Below, piece by piece: positions 26,284-38,899 of a stretch of DNA of 64,000 bases (its first letter is position 1; every line of letters begins with the position of its first letter). A program made the translations under genes and the position numbers. The notes beneath the pieces are model-generated. The model had not been told where the DNA came from. It made no database searches and saw only the letters and a list, made by a program, of their open reading frames with translations. Origin of the DNA: Felis catus. Taxonomy: Eukaryota. Location of the stretch: positions 146,570,001-146,634,000 of the forward strand of contig NC_058368.1 in the NCBI RefSeq assembly GCF_018350175.1. Reading direction: 5' to 3'.

Positions 26284-26760
26284 TGTCAGTTAAGATATAG
26301 GTCTTCTCTTTGTAACAGAGGCTCAAAATTAGAGTGACTTAACAAGCCGTAAGTTTATTTCTTTCTCATAAAACAATCTGATTAAATGTAAGCAGATCAA
26401 CAGGTCAACATTGGCATGGCAAACATTTAGTGCCCGTGAGTACTCCCTCTCTCTTGCTTTTCTGCCATCCCTCTGCTGTTGGCCTTATACACATGATCCA
26501 AGAAAGCCACCTGCCACATCAACATTTTAGGCAGCAGGATGAGGGAAGAAGGGAAGAGGGACCATGTTGCCATCCTTGAAGGACATGTCCTAGAAGTTGT
26601 TCACATCATTTCCTCGCCTGTCTTATTGGCAAGAAATGAATCATGTGGTCTTTCCTGCCTGCAGGAGAATCTGGGAAATGTTGTCATTTTTCCAGTAGTG
26701 ATGATTCAAGCATTCTAGGACAGACATGTGACATAGTGAGCAGACATGTAGTTGGGGGAA
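26284..26760. mobile_element. old MLT1 (MaLR) LTR fragment
   Basis: tgtaacagag...agtgacttaac...aagtttatttctttctcat; ttattggcaagaa..tcatgtgg. Confidence 0.55.
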
Positions 26761-26762
26761 GT

Positions 26763-27350
26763 ATATTGATTATATTTCCTTATTTTCTATATTCCTGATG
26801 CACTGACATTTAGAGCCTTAGTCAAGAGACTACCCTTCCTGGAGCTAGCTAATTCTTAGAAATGGCGAACAACTCTCCTGGGAGTGTGCTGTCGATATAC
26901 AAACCCACCAATCCAGAGCCCACACCCCCAACCAACTCCTTTATCAAGCTCATACACCAAGCCAGTACCCGCCCCAGAACTCCCCAGGGCCAGGTACCAG
27001 ACCACTAGAGACCATCTCTGTAGCCCAAAGACTGCCAAAACCATTCAAACTATCCAATCCTAAAGTTTTCAGTGTAGCTACCCTGTCTCGCCCATAACTT
27101 GCCACGCATAAAATAAAATAAAATAAAATAAAATAAAATAAAATAAAATAAAATCTAATAATAGACTTTGGGCCATGCTCTGCTTTCACTCCTGGCTCCT
27201 GACTGTTCCTGTCCTTCTCCGTGTGGCCCTTTGTGACATGCAATCCATCTATTTCTAGAGATCTGTGAATGCAGACTACTTCCTTCATGATGATCATTTC
27301 CATATCTGATGTCTTATACTATCTAATGAAAACAAACGCTGGGTACATTT
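26763..27350 (+). mobile_element. ERV1-class solo LTR with internal (AAAAT)n
   Basis: gctagctaattcttaga, ccaatccagagcccac, gggccaggtaccagac, attcaaactatccaatcctaa; family not identified. Confidence 0.6.
27110..27152. repeat. (AAAAT)n microsatellite
   Basis: Directly visible. Confidence 0.9.
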
Positions 27351-28209
27351 CCAACTTGGGGAACAACTAGAAGTCTCTGTCAGAGGCCTATTATAATCTT
27401 CCACATATACTGCACAGTGATTGTTCCAGGATTAAGTGTCTGGTGAATACTAACTTTGTAACTTTGTAAATACCAACATTCTGTACAAATATAAAGACAG
27501 TTATTCAATCCAAGAGTAAAAATATCTTGAATAGGAATATTTAGCTTTTTAACATTAATTGTGTCATGCAGTTGAAATAATAACCTTCATCTCAAACTTT
27601 TATTCAGATTTAGTAAACACTGTCAGAGGAATGGCCAGGGTTGGAGATATGAATGATGAATCTCATCCCAGTAGTTGGTGGCAAAGGGGCAAATAGAAAC
27701 TAGATCCCCCAAGTTTTAGAAACTTTCCAGTCTTCTTGTCTTTATTTGGTTGATGGTATTGATGGTGGAAATTTCTACCATGAATTACAAAATTTTACTT
27801 GGTTTTCATTTTTACTACCTTTAATTTTTATCATTGAGCACCCAAGTGGGAAAACTGAAAAGATAGATTCTTCCACTTTGTTGCCTGTAAGTATTAACAC
27901 TGAAAAGAGAGTTTTGTCTTATCCAAACTATTTCTCAGCTGTTGAACTTCAAATGCCACACTTATTACAAGGAAAAATCTCCCAGTAAAAACTGTAACAA
28001 AAAATATTATACAATTAATTCATATGACATAAGTGGTCATGTGGTCAACAAACTTAACTGCCTATGAGAATGACTAGTGGACTTTTTTATATTACACTTT
28101 CCTGGGTTTCAGTCACAGAAAATTCTAATTTAGTAAGTGTGAGGAAGGGCTCAGTCATCTGCATTTTTACAAGCATCACCAGTAAGTTTTTTTTAAATAT
28201 ACATTTACA

Positions 28210-29520
28210 TTACTTTGGTAACACCTTTGAGATAATAATTCGCATACCATACCATTCACCCATTTATGTTACATGCTTTTTATTATATTCACAGAGTTAT
28301 GCATCCACCCACACTAACATAATCCAGACCATTTTTATTACCACAAAAAGAAATACCACACCCATTAGCAGTCAACCCCATATCCCCTTACTCCTAGGCC
28401 ATACCCCGTAGCCCTAGGCAGCCCTATTAATCTACCTTCTGTTTCTATAGATTTGCCTTTTCTGGACATTTCATATAAGTGGATTCATACAATATGTGGT
28501 CTTTTGTGTCAGGCTTTTTTCTCTTATGTGGTCTTTTGTGTCAGGTTCATCAATGTTGTAGCATGTCTCGGTACTTCACTCCTTTTTATTGCTGAATAAT
28601 ATTCCCTTGCATGGATATACCATAATTTGTTTATTCTTTCATCAGCTGATAGACATAAAAGTTGTTCCCATTTTTGGAACAGTGCTACTAGGAACATCTG
28701 TGTGCACGTTTTTATGTTGACATATGTTTTCATTTCTCTCAGATATATATCTCAGAGTGGAATTGCTAGGGCAAATGGGTAACTTTGAGAAACTACCAGA
28801 CCATTTTCCAAAGTGGCTGCACCATCTTACATTCCCACCAACAGTGTATAGGTTTCTAAACTCTGTGTATTCTCACCAATGTTTGTTGTTATCTGACATT
28901 TTGATTCCAGCCATCTTGGGGCGCCTGGGTGGCTCAGTCGGTTAAGCATCCGACTTCAGCTCAGGTCATGATCTCGCAGTCTGTGAGTTCGAGCCCCGCA
29001 TCGGGCTCTGTGCTGGCAGCTCAGAGCCTGGAGCCTGTTTCAGATTCTGTGTCTCCCTCTCTCTCTGACCCTCCCCCGTTCATACTCTGTCAATCCCTGT
29101 CTCAAAAATAAATAAACATTTAAAAAATTTTTTGATTCTAGCTATCTTAGTGGGTGTGAAGTGGTATCTATCTCATCGTGGTTTTGAATTGTATTTTCCA
29201 GATGGCTAATGACATTGAGCACCTTTCGTGTGTTTACTGCTTATTTGTACATCTTCTTTGGAGAAATGCGCATTTATACACTTTGTTCATTTTTAAAAAT
29301 TAGGTTGTCTTTTCGTTATTGAGTTGGAACAGTTCTATATCTCTTCTAGATCAAAGTTTCTTCTCAGATATATGATTTGAAAAAATTGTGTCCTGTATTT
29401 TCTGGGTTGTCTGTTCACCTTCTTGATGGTGTCCTTTGGCACCATGAATGTTTTTAGTTGTGATGAAGTCCCATTTTTAAATTCTTCCCTCTATTGCTTG
29501 TGACTTTGGTGTCACAGCTA
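28210..29520 (-). mobile_element. L1MB-like 3' end (~1.1 kb) interrupted by a SINE
   Basis: tctgtttctatagatttgcct, tttttattgctgaataatattcc, gagtggaattgctagg, ccattttccaaagtggctgcacc, tcttctttggagaaatg. Confidence 0.88.
28918..29130 (+). mobile_element. Can-SINE
   Basis: Full element; TSD tttgatt(cc/ct)ag(cc/ct)atctt at ~28900 and 29131. Confidence 0.94.
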
Positions 29521-30019
29521 TAAAATACAAACTCTTTTCTACAGTAGCACAAGGTATACATTGAAAAATGCTGATCTAGTTGCAGACGGTCCTTGACTTG
29601 GACCAGTTCATTCATTTGGAGCCTGCTCTTGTGGATTTATTGAGAGCTATCCTCTGTAGAAAGATTAGCCTAAGCCATGCCCCAGTAACAAGACACTGCC
29701 TTCCATTTATTTATTCATCTAGTGGCTATCCAAGCGTTGCAGGCATTGTGAAAATTAGAAAGAGGTGCCAGCTGTGGGAAGATAGAGTCCCTTGATGCAA
29801 GTCTTGGTAGGTTGTGTCAGAGGTGGAGGAAAATTTGCCCCTTGCTCCTGTCTATTATAGACCTGTGCTGGGTCAATGGCTTAACTAGCAGAGCTTGGAT
29901 GCTCTTTCAACCCCTGCTCATTTGCTTGGCTGGACACTTGTATAGTGCAAAGACTCCAGAGCCGTACATGGTGGCCCTGGCCACTTTCCTAGGTGCTTTA
30001 TTTTGTTACCTCGTCAAAT

Positions 30020-30190
30020 CTTGCTGTTAACTCTGTTGTATGGGTACTGTTACCACTCTTTTGCCAGTGGGGAAACTCCGGCAGGTCAGTTGGCTTGCTC
30101 CGATTCACAAAACTAGTAAGTAGCAGACCTGAGATTTATGCCCCCATCCTATGACTTCAGTTCTAAAAGGCTTTCCACTGTGACACTTTT
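30020..30190 (-). mobile_element. MIR fragment
   Basis: gtggggaaactccggc...ttcacaaaactagtaagtagcagacctgagattt. Confidence 0.5.
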
Positions 30191-32713
30191 GGTATTCTGT
30201 TTGTCACTCAGGTTTTAAGACCTTAAAGCTTATTAAATTCCTCCATCTGAAACCAGATCAGGAACTGCCAGACATGTTGGGAACCTATTTACCTTGCTGG
30301 AGTCTGTGCTCACATTACTACTTCCTTCCCATTGCTTCCCTATATCAAACACCTGGCCTTTTGAATTTAGGACTTCCAGAGGCTTGGCAGTGTTTCTTTC
30401 CCCTTATTGCTGAACGATAGCCAGATCTCCTCTTCCATAATGCAGTTGCCAAAATGCTATGAATCAGAAGAAATCCTGGAATTTGGTATGGAGTTGCCTT
30501 ATCACTGGAATGCCTAGAAGCTTTTTATTCAAATGAGACATAAAAGTCTAGGGTATGAAGACATGCACACATACAGTTACATAAGGGCGCAGACAGAAAG
30601 CCAAGGGGCAATGGCAGAGGAGACTGGAGGGAAGGCCTTTTGTAATTTCTTTCTTGCTGGACGAACCCATTTTCACCAGTAAGATACATCTTGCTGCATT
30701 TTTAGACAACCTGATAGCCCATTTTTCTCCTCACTAGCATCTCTCACACTGCCTTCCATCAAACTATATGCCACTATTTTTTTGTAGATAGCACTGTTTC
30801 TTCTCTTCTCCTCAAGGGAGAGGTGAAGGGGAGACTCTAAGACAAGAAGTCACAGAAATTGAGGATGTTTCTAACAAGTGGAGCTTAATATATCCATTCA
30901 GAAAAGGAATTTGTTGATCAGCCTTGTGCCTACTCTACAGGAGCAAAAGTATTTGGTGAGAAGTTATTGGAAGGAGATAGGGCATGGGTAGCCTGCCCTC
31001 CCACTGTTTGGTCTGGCAAAGACTAGGATTTGGGGATTTTTTGTTTGTTTGTTTTTGTTTTTTATGAACTAAATGATAGAGCAGGAAGTAGTTGCAGTCA
31101 AGCTGCTTTGCTGGTGTCCCCAAGAGTGTCCTGTCAGACTAGGGGACGACAGCAGCAGGTGATATGGGGCTTATCAACGGAGATTGAGTTGCGGTGAGTG
31201 AAAGAAGCAGCACAGTTGCATGCACCCCCCTAGGGCAGGGAATTGCCCAGGGAGGGTGTCCTTTAAAGACTCCGGGAAAGTGCACTCGTGTCCCCTAGGT
31301 GGCCAGCACTGGGACACCTGACACACCAAGAGCATCAGCTGTCAGTCACTGTTATCCAGGGAAGCTTTAATGATCCCAAAGAGGATTATTATAGCAGCCG
31401 GTAACTAAGAGGGACTTGTCCCTTTCCTTCACCCTCACTTCTGTCTCTTCATGGCAGAAATGCTAAAGCCTAGAAGAGAGCAAGTACGGAGATCCCAGAG
31501 CAGCCTGCCCAGCCCTGCCCCATGCCCCTGTCAGGCAGGAGCAGGAAGAGTACAAACACGGACATCCGCCCTCCCCAATTCATGTCTCTTGAGCCATAGG
31601 CATAGAAGCTTTGGTGGAAGGAAAGCCTTAATTAGTATATGGGATTAGCATTTTGAACTACATAAAAATAGGCGTACATTAATGAAAAGTGTACAGATAG
31701 TTATGGAACCTTACTCCCAATGGGAAGGAGACATTTGACATAGCAGTCTGGGCAGCGAATGGAAACAAAACAGTAGCGTTCAGGTTTTTATTTTTTGACC
31801 TGGAATCTGCCAAATAACTTGGTTTCAAGCAACCTAATTTTTCATTCACCTTTGCTTTTTATTGTTCCCGCCTCCACTGTTTTCTAAACACCAGCCATTC
31901 ATCTGTTTCCAGATTAACACTCTCCTCTCTTAGGTTCTTTTGTTTGCCATCTGTATCTACCATCTCTATTAGGCATATCGGGGCCATTTTAGGAACCAAT
32001 TCCCAATTATAATCCAGTTTCCAGCTTAGTCCTCAGATGTGAGCACTCTCTTGAAATCTGCTTCCCCCTCCAAAATGCAATAGTCTTTATCAGAGTAGGT
32101 ATTCTTTCCTATTTTATTGACAGCCTCATGTGCTACATGCCTCTCTTTATGAATAGTGTAAAATTGTGCCTTTAGACCTCAGAATACATTGCCTCAAAGA
32201 TACAAAGTCAAGAATTTACACTGAAGAGTACAGAATTAACGGTATTCTCGTTTAAGACCCCCTTGGGAAAATGCTTTATTACCATTTGGGTTGCTGGATA
32301 ATTGTGTCCCTCAACCACAAGGGGAAAAGGAACTTTCTTGGCCCCTAGAATGGGAGCTCACGTGAAGTCATGGGTGTTGGTCACACATAGTGAGGCCAGA
32401 TGGCGGAAAGAGAGGGAGCTGGGTGCAGAGGGGGCATCTTTTCTACCTGCCACATTTTGGTTTCGGCCTTCCTTGTTTCTTCAGAAATCATTGTATATTG
32501 ATCCCCTTCCTTCCTTGGAATCTCTCTGCCACCGCTTCTTCCCTTTCTTAGCCTCTGTAGAACACACTGGCCTCTTGGGGATTCATAAGGGTGTTTACTC
32601 TAGGGGAGGGGGTGAGCAAAGAAAGAAAAGGAGAGAGTAGATAAAGGGAATAAAATGAGTACTACCGTCTGCCAGCCTCCCATCAGCCTTCCCTTTGATC
32701 ATTTAAACTTATT

Positions 32714-32925
32714 GGGGTGCCTGGGTGGCTCAGTTGGTTAAGGGTCTGAGTTCAGCTCAGGTCATGATCTTGTGGTTTGCGAGTTCGAGCTCTGCATCGG
32801 GCTCTGTGCTGACAGCTCAGAGCCTGGAGCCTGCTTCAGATTCTGTGCCTCCTGTTCTTTCTGCCCCTCCCCAACCCCCTACCCTCTCTCTAAAAAATAA
32901 ACATTAAAAAACAAAATAAAATAAA
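32714..32925 (+). mobile_element. Can-SINE
   Basis: Head ggggtgcctgggtggctcag, B-box gagttcgagc, A-rich tail. Confidence 0.92.
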
Positions 32926-33807
32926 CTTGTGGTCACAATGTTAGGATCCTTCAGGGGGGATCTGTCCAAAGACCAATTTCTTTGGGCCTTTCTAGTGTTT
33001 AAAGATCTGGAAGCACTGAATCAACAGTCCTCCATTCCGTTTGACTTCAACTAAGTAGGAATAGGCTCTCTTCCTTCTACATTTCTCACCATTCACTATT
33101 GTTCACTTCTGTGTTCAACTTCATTCATTTGTGGTGTCCTCATGGCCTTGGTAAAGCATTTGAGTTTTCAGTGTTACTTGAGGCAGAGAGTATGTTTTAT
33201 TCCTATTTTCATTTCTATTCTCTAATGATAGTTCTTAGGACATAGAACATTCTCAACAGTTGTATTCATTCCACATCTATTTTACACATATATATGGAGC
33301 ACCTACTGTGGGCCGGGCGTGGTGGTAAGGAACTGTATATAATGTGAACCTGACATATAAAGACCCTACTCTCAACAGGGCTTCCACCAGTGACTACATG
33401 TCTAAAGAAGAAGACTTTGCATTAGGTGAATTTACACACTAGATCTGTGAGAGGGAGAAGAGGCACTAAGATTCAGACTAGGGATCCTGCAAATGAGGCA
33501 GCACTGGATATAAGAAAGTAGCCATGATGTGATCTTGGCATGGGAGGAAGACGGCTAAAAGGAAGGAGCCATGGATGTATTCACACGCCTCCCTGGTCTC
33601 TGAAAACTTACAGCCTCATCTTGCCCCCACCAAGGCAGGAAACCAGTGTGGCTAGTTCTGGGATTCTAGCCAGCCAAGTGGTGATTAGAATATTGAGAAT
33701 TATAGCAAATGTGATCGGGATCCCTACTGTATCCCTCACCTTTATCATTTCCATGCCAACTGGCCCAATCACAGTCCCTAGATCTTTTAACTTTGAGAGA
33801 CTTCTCT

Positions 33808-33947
33808 GGGGGTGCCTGAGTGGTTCAGTCAGTTAAGCATCTGATTCTTTTGGTTTTGACTCAGGTCAGGATCTCATGGCTCATGGCAGCACAGAGCCTG
33901 CTTGGGATTCTCTCTCTCTCCCTCTCTCTCTGCCCCTCCCCCACCCA

Positions 33948-33989
<42 letters not shown>

Positions 33990-34045
33990 ATAAATAAATA
34001 ATCTTTAAAGCAAAGCAAAACAAAACAAAACAAAATAAAACAAAA
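33808..34045 (+). mobile_element. Can-SINE with internal deletion and (CT)n expansion
   Basis: Head gggggtgcctgagtggttcag; flanks gag(a/c)cttctctgg; (AAAAC)n tail. Confidence 0.88.
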
Positions 34046-34363
34046 AGAGCCTTCTCTGGCCACCAGAGCCCAGTCTGCCTGCACTCACACAGAAGTGGCA
34101 GGGGATTAACACTTTTTGGAAAAGCCTTCAGCCAATAGCAAGTTGGTTATAAATCTCCCAGAAGGGGGGCCATGCATGTTCTCTACTGTTTCTCAGCATT
34201 CTTCAGTGAGAATCAGCTCCAATTCCCTGTAGTGACAACCTGCTTGAAATGCCTCCACTAGCCTCTTTTCCTTCCCTGTCTCATAGCATCTTCTCTGTAG
34301 GTGTTTCTTGGTCTTGACTCCTAAATGAGGAGTCTTGCCTCTGTGGCAACCCAAACTAAGACA
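34046..34363. mobile_element. LTR16-like (ERVL) LTR fragment
   Basis: ccttcagccaat..., ttccttccctgtctca, terminal aacccaaactaagaca. Confidence 0.6.
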
Positions 34364-34372
34364 GATACTGTG

Positions 34373-35361
34373 GTTTTTTTTTTTTTTGTTTTTCCTTTTA
34401 AATTTCTGTGTCAAATTACATTGGAATTTTGATAGGGATTGCACAGAATCTATAGATAGCTTTGGATAGTATGGACATTTTCACAATTTTAACTTTTCCA
34501 AGATATCTTTCCATTTATTTGGGTCTTCAGTTTTTTTCTCAAGGTCTTATAGTCTTCAGTGCATAGATCTTTCACGTCTTTGGTTAAATTTATACTTAAG
34601 TATGGTATTGTTTTTGATGCCACTGCACATGGGACTGTTTTCTTTATTTTTTTTCAGGTAGTTGTTACTATATAGAAATGCAACTGATTTTTTATGTTGA
34701 CTTTTACTGAAACTTTACTGAATTGGTTTATTACATCTGAGAGTTTCTTGGTGATGTTTTTAGGATTTTCTGTATGCAAGATTGTTTCATCAACAGGGAC
34801 AATTTTACTTCTTCCTTTCTGATTTAGATGCCTTTTATTTCTTTTTCTTGACTAATTGCTCTGGCTAAGACATCCACTACTGGGCTAAACAAGAGTGGTG
34901 AGAATGGACACCTTTGTCTTTTTCATGACCTTAGAGAAAAAGCTTTCAACCTTTCACCATTAAGTATGATGTTAGCTGTGGGCTTGTCATACATGGCGGG
35001 CCTTTTTAGCATATTGAGAGTAGAATGGTGGTCACCCGGGGCCTAAGGGTTGGAGGAAATGGGGAGATGTTGGTCAAAGCATAAAAACTTTCAGTTATAA
35101 GATGAATAAGTTCTGGGGATCTGATGTACAACATAGTGACTGTAGTTAACAGTACTGTATTACATATTTAAAAGTCACTATGAGAGTAGAACTTTAATGT
35201 TTTCACCATAACAACAACAACAACAAAATGGTAATTATGGAGATAAAAGATGTGTTAACCAACTTAATTGGGGTAAATATTTCACAGTATATACATGTAT
35301 CAAGTCCTCACATTATACACCTTGAACATACATGATGCTATATGTTAACAGGAGAGAAGAG
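34373..35361. mobile_element. L1 with 5' inversion: ORF2 part on minus (34373-35017), 3' UTR on plus (35015-35361)
   Basis: Minus part: ttttgatagggattgca, aatgcaactgatttt, ttcaccattaagtatgatgttagctgtgggcttgtc. Plus part: agtagaatggtgg...cagttataagatgaataagttctgg. Confidence 0.8.
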
Positions 35362-35499
35362 AGATAGATATTGTGTGAGATGATATGGGGAAAGGAGGCA
35401 GTCACAGGTAGCTACTTCCAGAGAGAAAAAGAGACAAACATTCCCAAAAGAGTTGCAGAAATGGGGGATGCGAAGGGCTATTACACATACTCAACTCCA

Positions 35500-35708
35500 T
35501 TTTTTTTAATGTTTATTTATTTTTGAGAGAAAGAGAGACAGAGTGCAAGCAGGGAAGAGCCAGAGAGAGGGAGACATAGAATCCAAAGCAGGCTCTAGGC
35601 TCTGATCTGTCAGCGCGGAGCCTGACATGGGGCTCAAACCCGCAAACTGTGAGATCATGACCTGAGCTGAAGTCGGACTCTCAACTGACTGAGCCACCTA
35701 GGCACCCC
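35500..35708 (-). mobile_element. Can-SINE
   Basis: Poly-T tail; reverse head gagccacctaggcacccc. Confidence 0.92.
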
Positions 35709-35989
35709 TGAACTGGATTTTTGAGGATGCCTGTAAATTCGATGCAATATTTAAAATCAAATTATTTCAGGTTTGTGATGACTAAGAAGAATTTTTATTG
35801 CCTTGTTCTCTTCTCTTGTTCTCTAATGCCTACATTAGATACTCATATCCAACAGCCAGAGACCCTTGTATTCTTGGAGTGATCAATTTCTCTGAACTTC
35901 CTTTTCTTGTTAGGATGATATTTAATGCTTTCCTTCCACCATTCAACTTTGGTTTGAATTATTCACTCTAGAAGACCTTTAGAAACTTT

Positions 35990-36214
35990 GGGGAGCCTAG
36001 GTGGCTCGGTCAGTTATGCGTCTGACTTCAGCTCAGGTCATGATCTCACAGTTCACGGGTTCAAGCCCCATGTTGAGCTCTGTGCTGACAGTTCAGAGCC
36101 TGAAGCCTGCTTTGAATTTTGTGTCTCCCTCTCTCTCTCTCTCTCTGCCTCTCCCCTGCTGTCACTCTGTCTCTGTCTCTCTCTCAAAAATAAATAAACA
36201 TTAAAAAAAAAAAA
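35990..36214 (+). mobile_element. Can-SINE
   Basis: Head ggggagcctaggtggctcgg, (CT)n, poly-A. Confidence 0.92.
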
Positions 36215-38781
36215 CCCTTAAAATGCACCCTAAGTACATGACATCTAATGGACTATTTTTATTATGGAAAAATAAGAAACACAAATTTCTCTGCATACAA
36301 GATTAATGCCTGGGATTCAATGTCAATAGAATTGTGCATGCAAGTGATTTTCCAGTAAGAGAGATTTGTTGAGCTATCATTCTCCCCTGATTCATTTGTA
36401 GTCAGTGACATGTTTTTAAAAGATGGCTGATTAGACCAGCCAATGGGCACACACACACAAAAACGGTTGGTTTTTTTTTTCCCTTTAACTTCATTAGTCA
36501 TTACATAGATAAATAACCTAGGCTACTCTAAGAAATTATTTTTTTCTGTAGAGATTACAAACTTTTTTAGGCGGAGAAGCAATTCTTACCTTTTGAGTAA
36601 TGCCTGAATGCCTAAGGTCTAAAACAGTACACATTAACAGTGTTTGGTAAATGCTTGTTGAATTGAACAAAGAAAATAGAAATGAAATTGAGAGCCGTCT
36701 GTTTGTGATAAGTATTTGCTGAGTCTTATAGGTATTCTTCTCTAATTTTTTTCTTGATGCGTTATAGCAAATATTTGATGTCCTTTGAATTTCAGGGTTA
36801 AAATGGGATCATTCATATTTTTTGACAAAAGCGTAAAGCCTCTGGAATTCAACTAGTCCTGCAATACTTCTTACTGAAAAAACTAAAATGGAATGTCTGC
36901 TCGTTACTTCTGTGTCTTGTTCTGATACCCATACTAGAGTTCTCCAAACATTCTTCTCACTACTTAGAACTTCCTTTGTTTCCAGTCACACTTTCCACCT
37001 TTGCTCACCAGAGACAGTAATGCTGCTGTGGTGGCTTTTGGCTCCATCCATCGTGCTTTCATTAAACTTCTTGTCTCTGGGTCCCATTGTACTCTAATTA
37101 AATAAATGGAATCTGGTATTCACTGAAAATCAATAGCACCTGCAAAAGTTTTGCCTCTTAAGAAAACCTCCGCATTGTTCTCTGCCCTGCCACATAGACT
37201 GTAAACTTTCTACCACTTCCTTGTGTTCAGAAATCAAATTCTTCAGCTCATCTTGGTTCAGTGAGACAAAATGCTTTATAAAAAATGACCTATATTTCTC
37301 AGGTTGTGGAAAGGAAAGAAAAGACTTTGAGAAAGTGACTAAGGAGGAGAGTAAGGGTGATACTATCTCTGATTCAGTTTAGCTGGACTGCTTCATCTAT
37401 GCCTTAATCTTTTTCTTTATAAAAATGATGACATTTTTGGTACTCTGCTCCAGAGCCTCCCGGGGGTGAGTGCAGATGTGCTGAGCCATTTGGCTGCCTT
37501 GTGGACCGACTCAGAGAGCCTCTCTTCTCCCTAATGAAGTCATCTCCTCTCGAAAGCCCAGCCTTTCCCATCACTCCATGTTGGGACTTGGCTTTGGCTT
37601 GCATAGTTCCGTCGTGATGTAGATGGTCTTCCAGTTAAGTTCTGGAATAATCTGCCCAACCATGAACAGGACATTTACAGCAAAGAAAAAAAAAAAAAAA
37701 AAAAAAAAAACCTTTTATTGGAAGCAACATTTTACTGTAACATTTTGATTTGGGGACTGGGGAGCCAAGTCTCACCCTGGGAAAAATCAAATTTTTCATG
37801 GCTTTCTAAAGATATTTGTCTATGTTTAATTTCTCTGAGTAATTTATATACTTCAGGCTAAAGAGTAACGAGATCGTCACCATCACTTTGCCTTTTGTAG
37901 AGTTTCTTTTATTTTTTAAAGAAGGCAGCAAAGACCTCATATTACTTCTGCATTTCCTAAAAAAGCAAAAAGCATTTAAAGTGTTGGGTAAAATATCTGT
38001 CCCTAAATTATAAAAAAAAATGAAATACAACAAAATAATGAAGCAATTTTAGGGGTTGGCTTCCTTTTTCTAGGCACTGTGAAATTCACTAAAGGTGAAT
38101 TTTTTTAATGTCACCGTTTTTCACCCTCCAGAGAGGATATTTGCTCCATTGTGTCCAGGATCAGCCAGACCAGGGACTTGAAATGTGAACCTGTTTTCTG
38201 AACGTAAGTGGGACTGGAACCTTGTCATCCCCAATGAAGCAAAAGATGATACCATGTCTAAGAACACTTCACCTGATCAATAAAAAAGGAGAAGTCTGAA
38301 ATGTGATCCTACAGCTCAGAGGGAGGTTTAGATGGAGATAATGAAATTCCCTGGAGACCTACCTGCCAGCTACACCTTTCTTGTTCAAGTCATTGGCTGG
38401 ATGCCCCTGACCTCTGCCAAGTTCCTGAAGACAAGATCAAGGCAACGAAGCAAGGCACATAGACTCTGGCTTCTGGTTTCTTGTAGACACCAGCGCTAGC
38501 AATGATGATCTTGCTTTATCTATACTACCTGAGAGTATGGAATTTACATACGGAGCATCCCCAGTATAAGGCCATGATTTAAAGGGGGATACACAGAATG
38601 AGATTTTAACTGCTGTTTGATTCAGACTTGAGTGTAATGAACAAATTAGTTTTACATTACAAATTAGTGTAGTGGACAAATAAAAGTTACAAAGACACAC
38701 TTTCCCATTCAAAACCTTGTGATATTTTTTCAGACATGGGAGAATCAGAAATAACTGGTCTGTCATTCTCTTTGTCTTCAT

Positions 38782-38836
38782 GAAGAGAGAGAGAGGGAGA
38801 CAGGGAGAGAGGGGGGAAAGAAGGAGGGAGAGGGGG

Positions 38837-38899
<63 letters not shown>
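38782..38899. repeat. polypurine tract with (GA)n microsatellite
   Basis: Directly visible; pure GA repeat from ~38840 to 38896. Confidence 0.93.
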
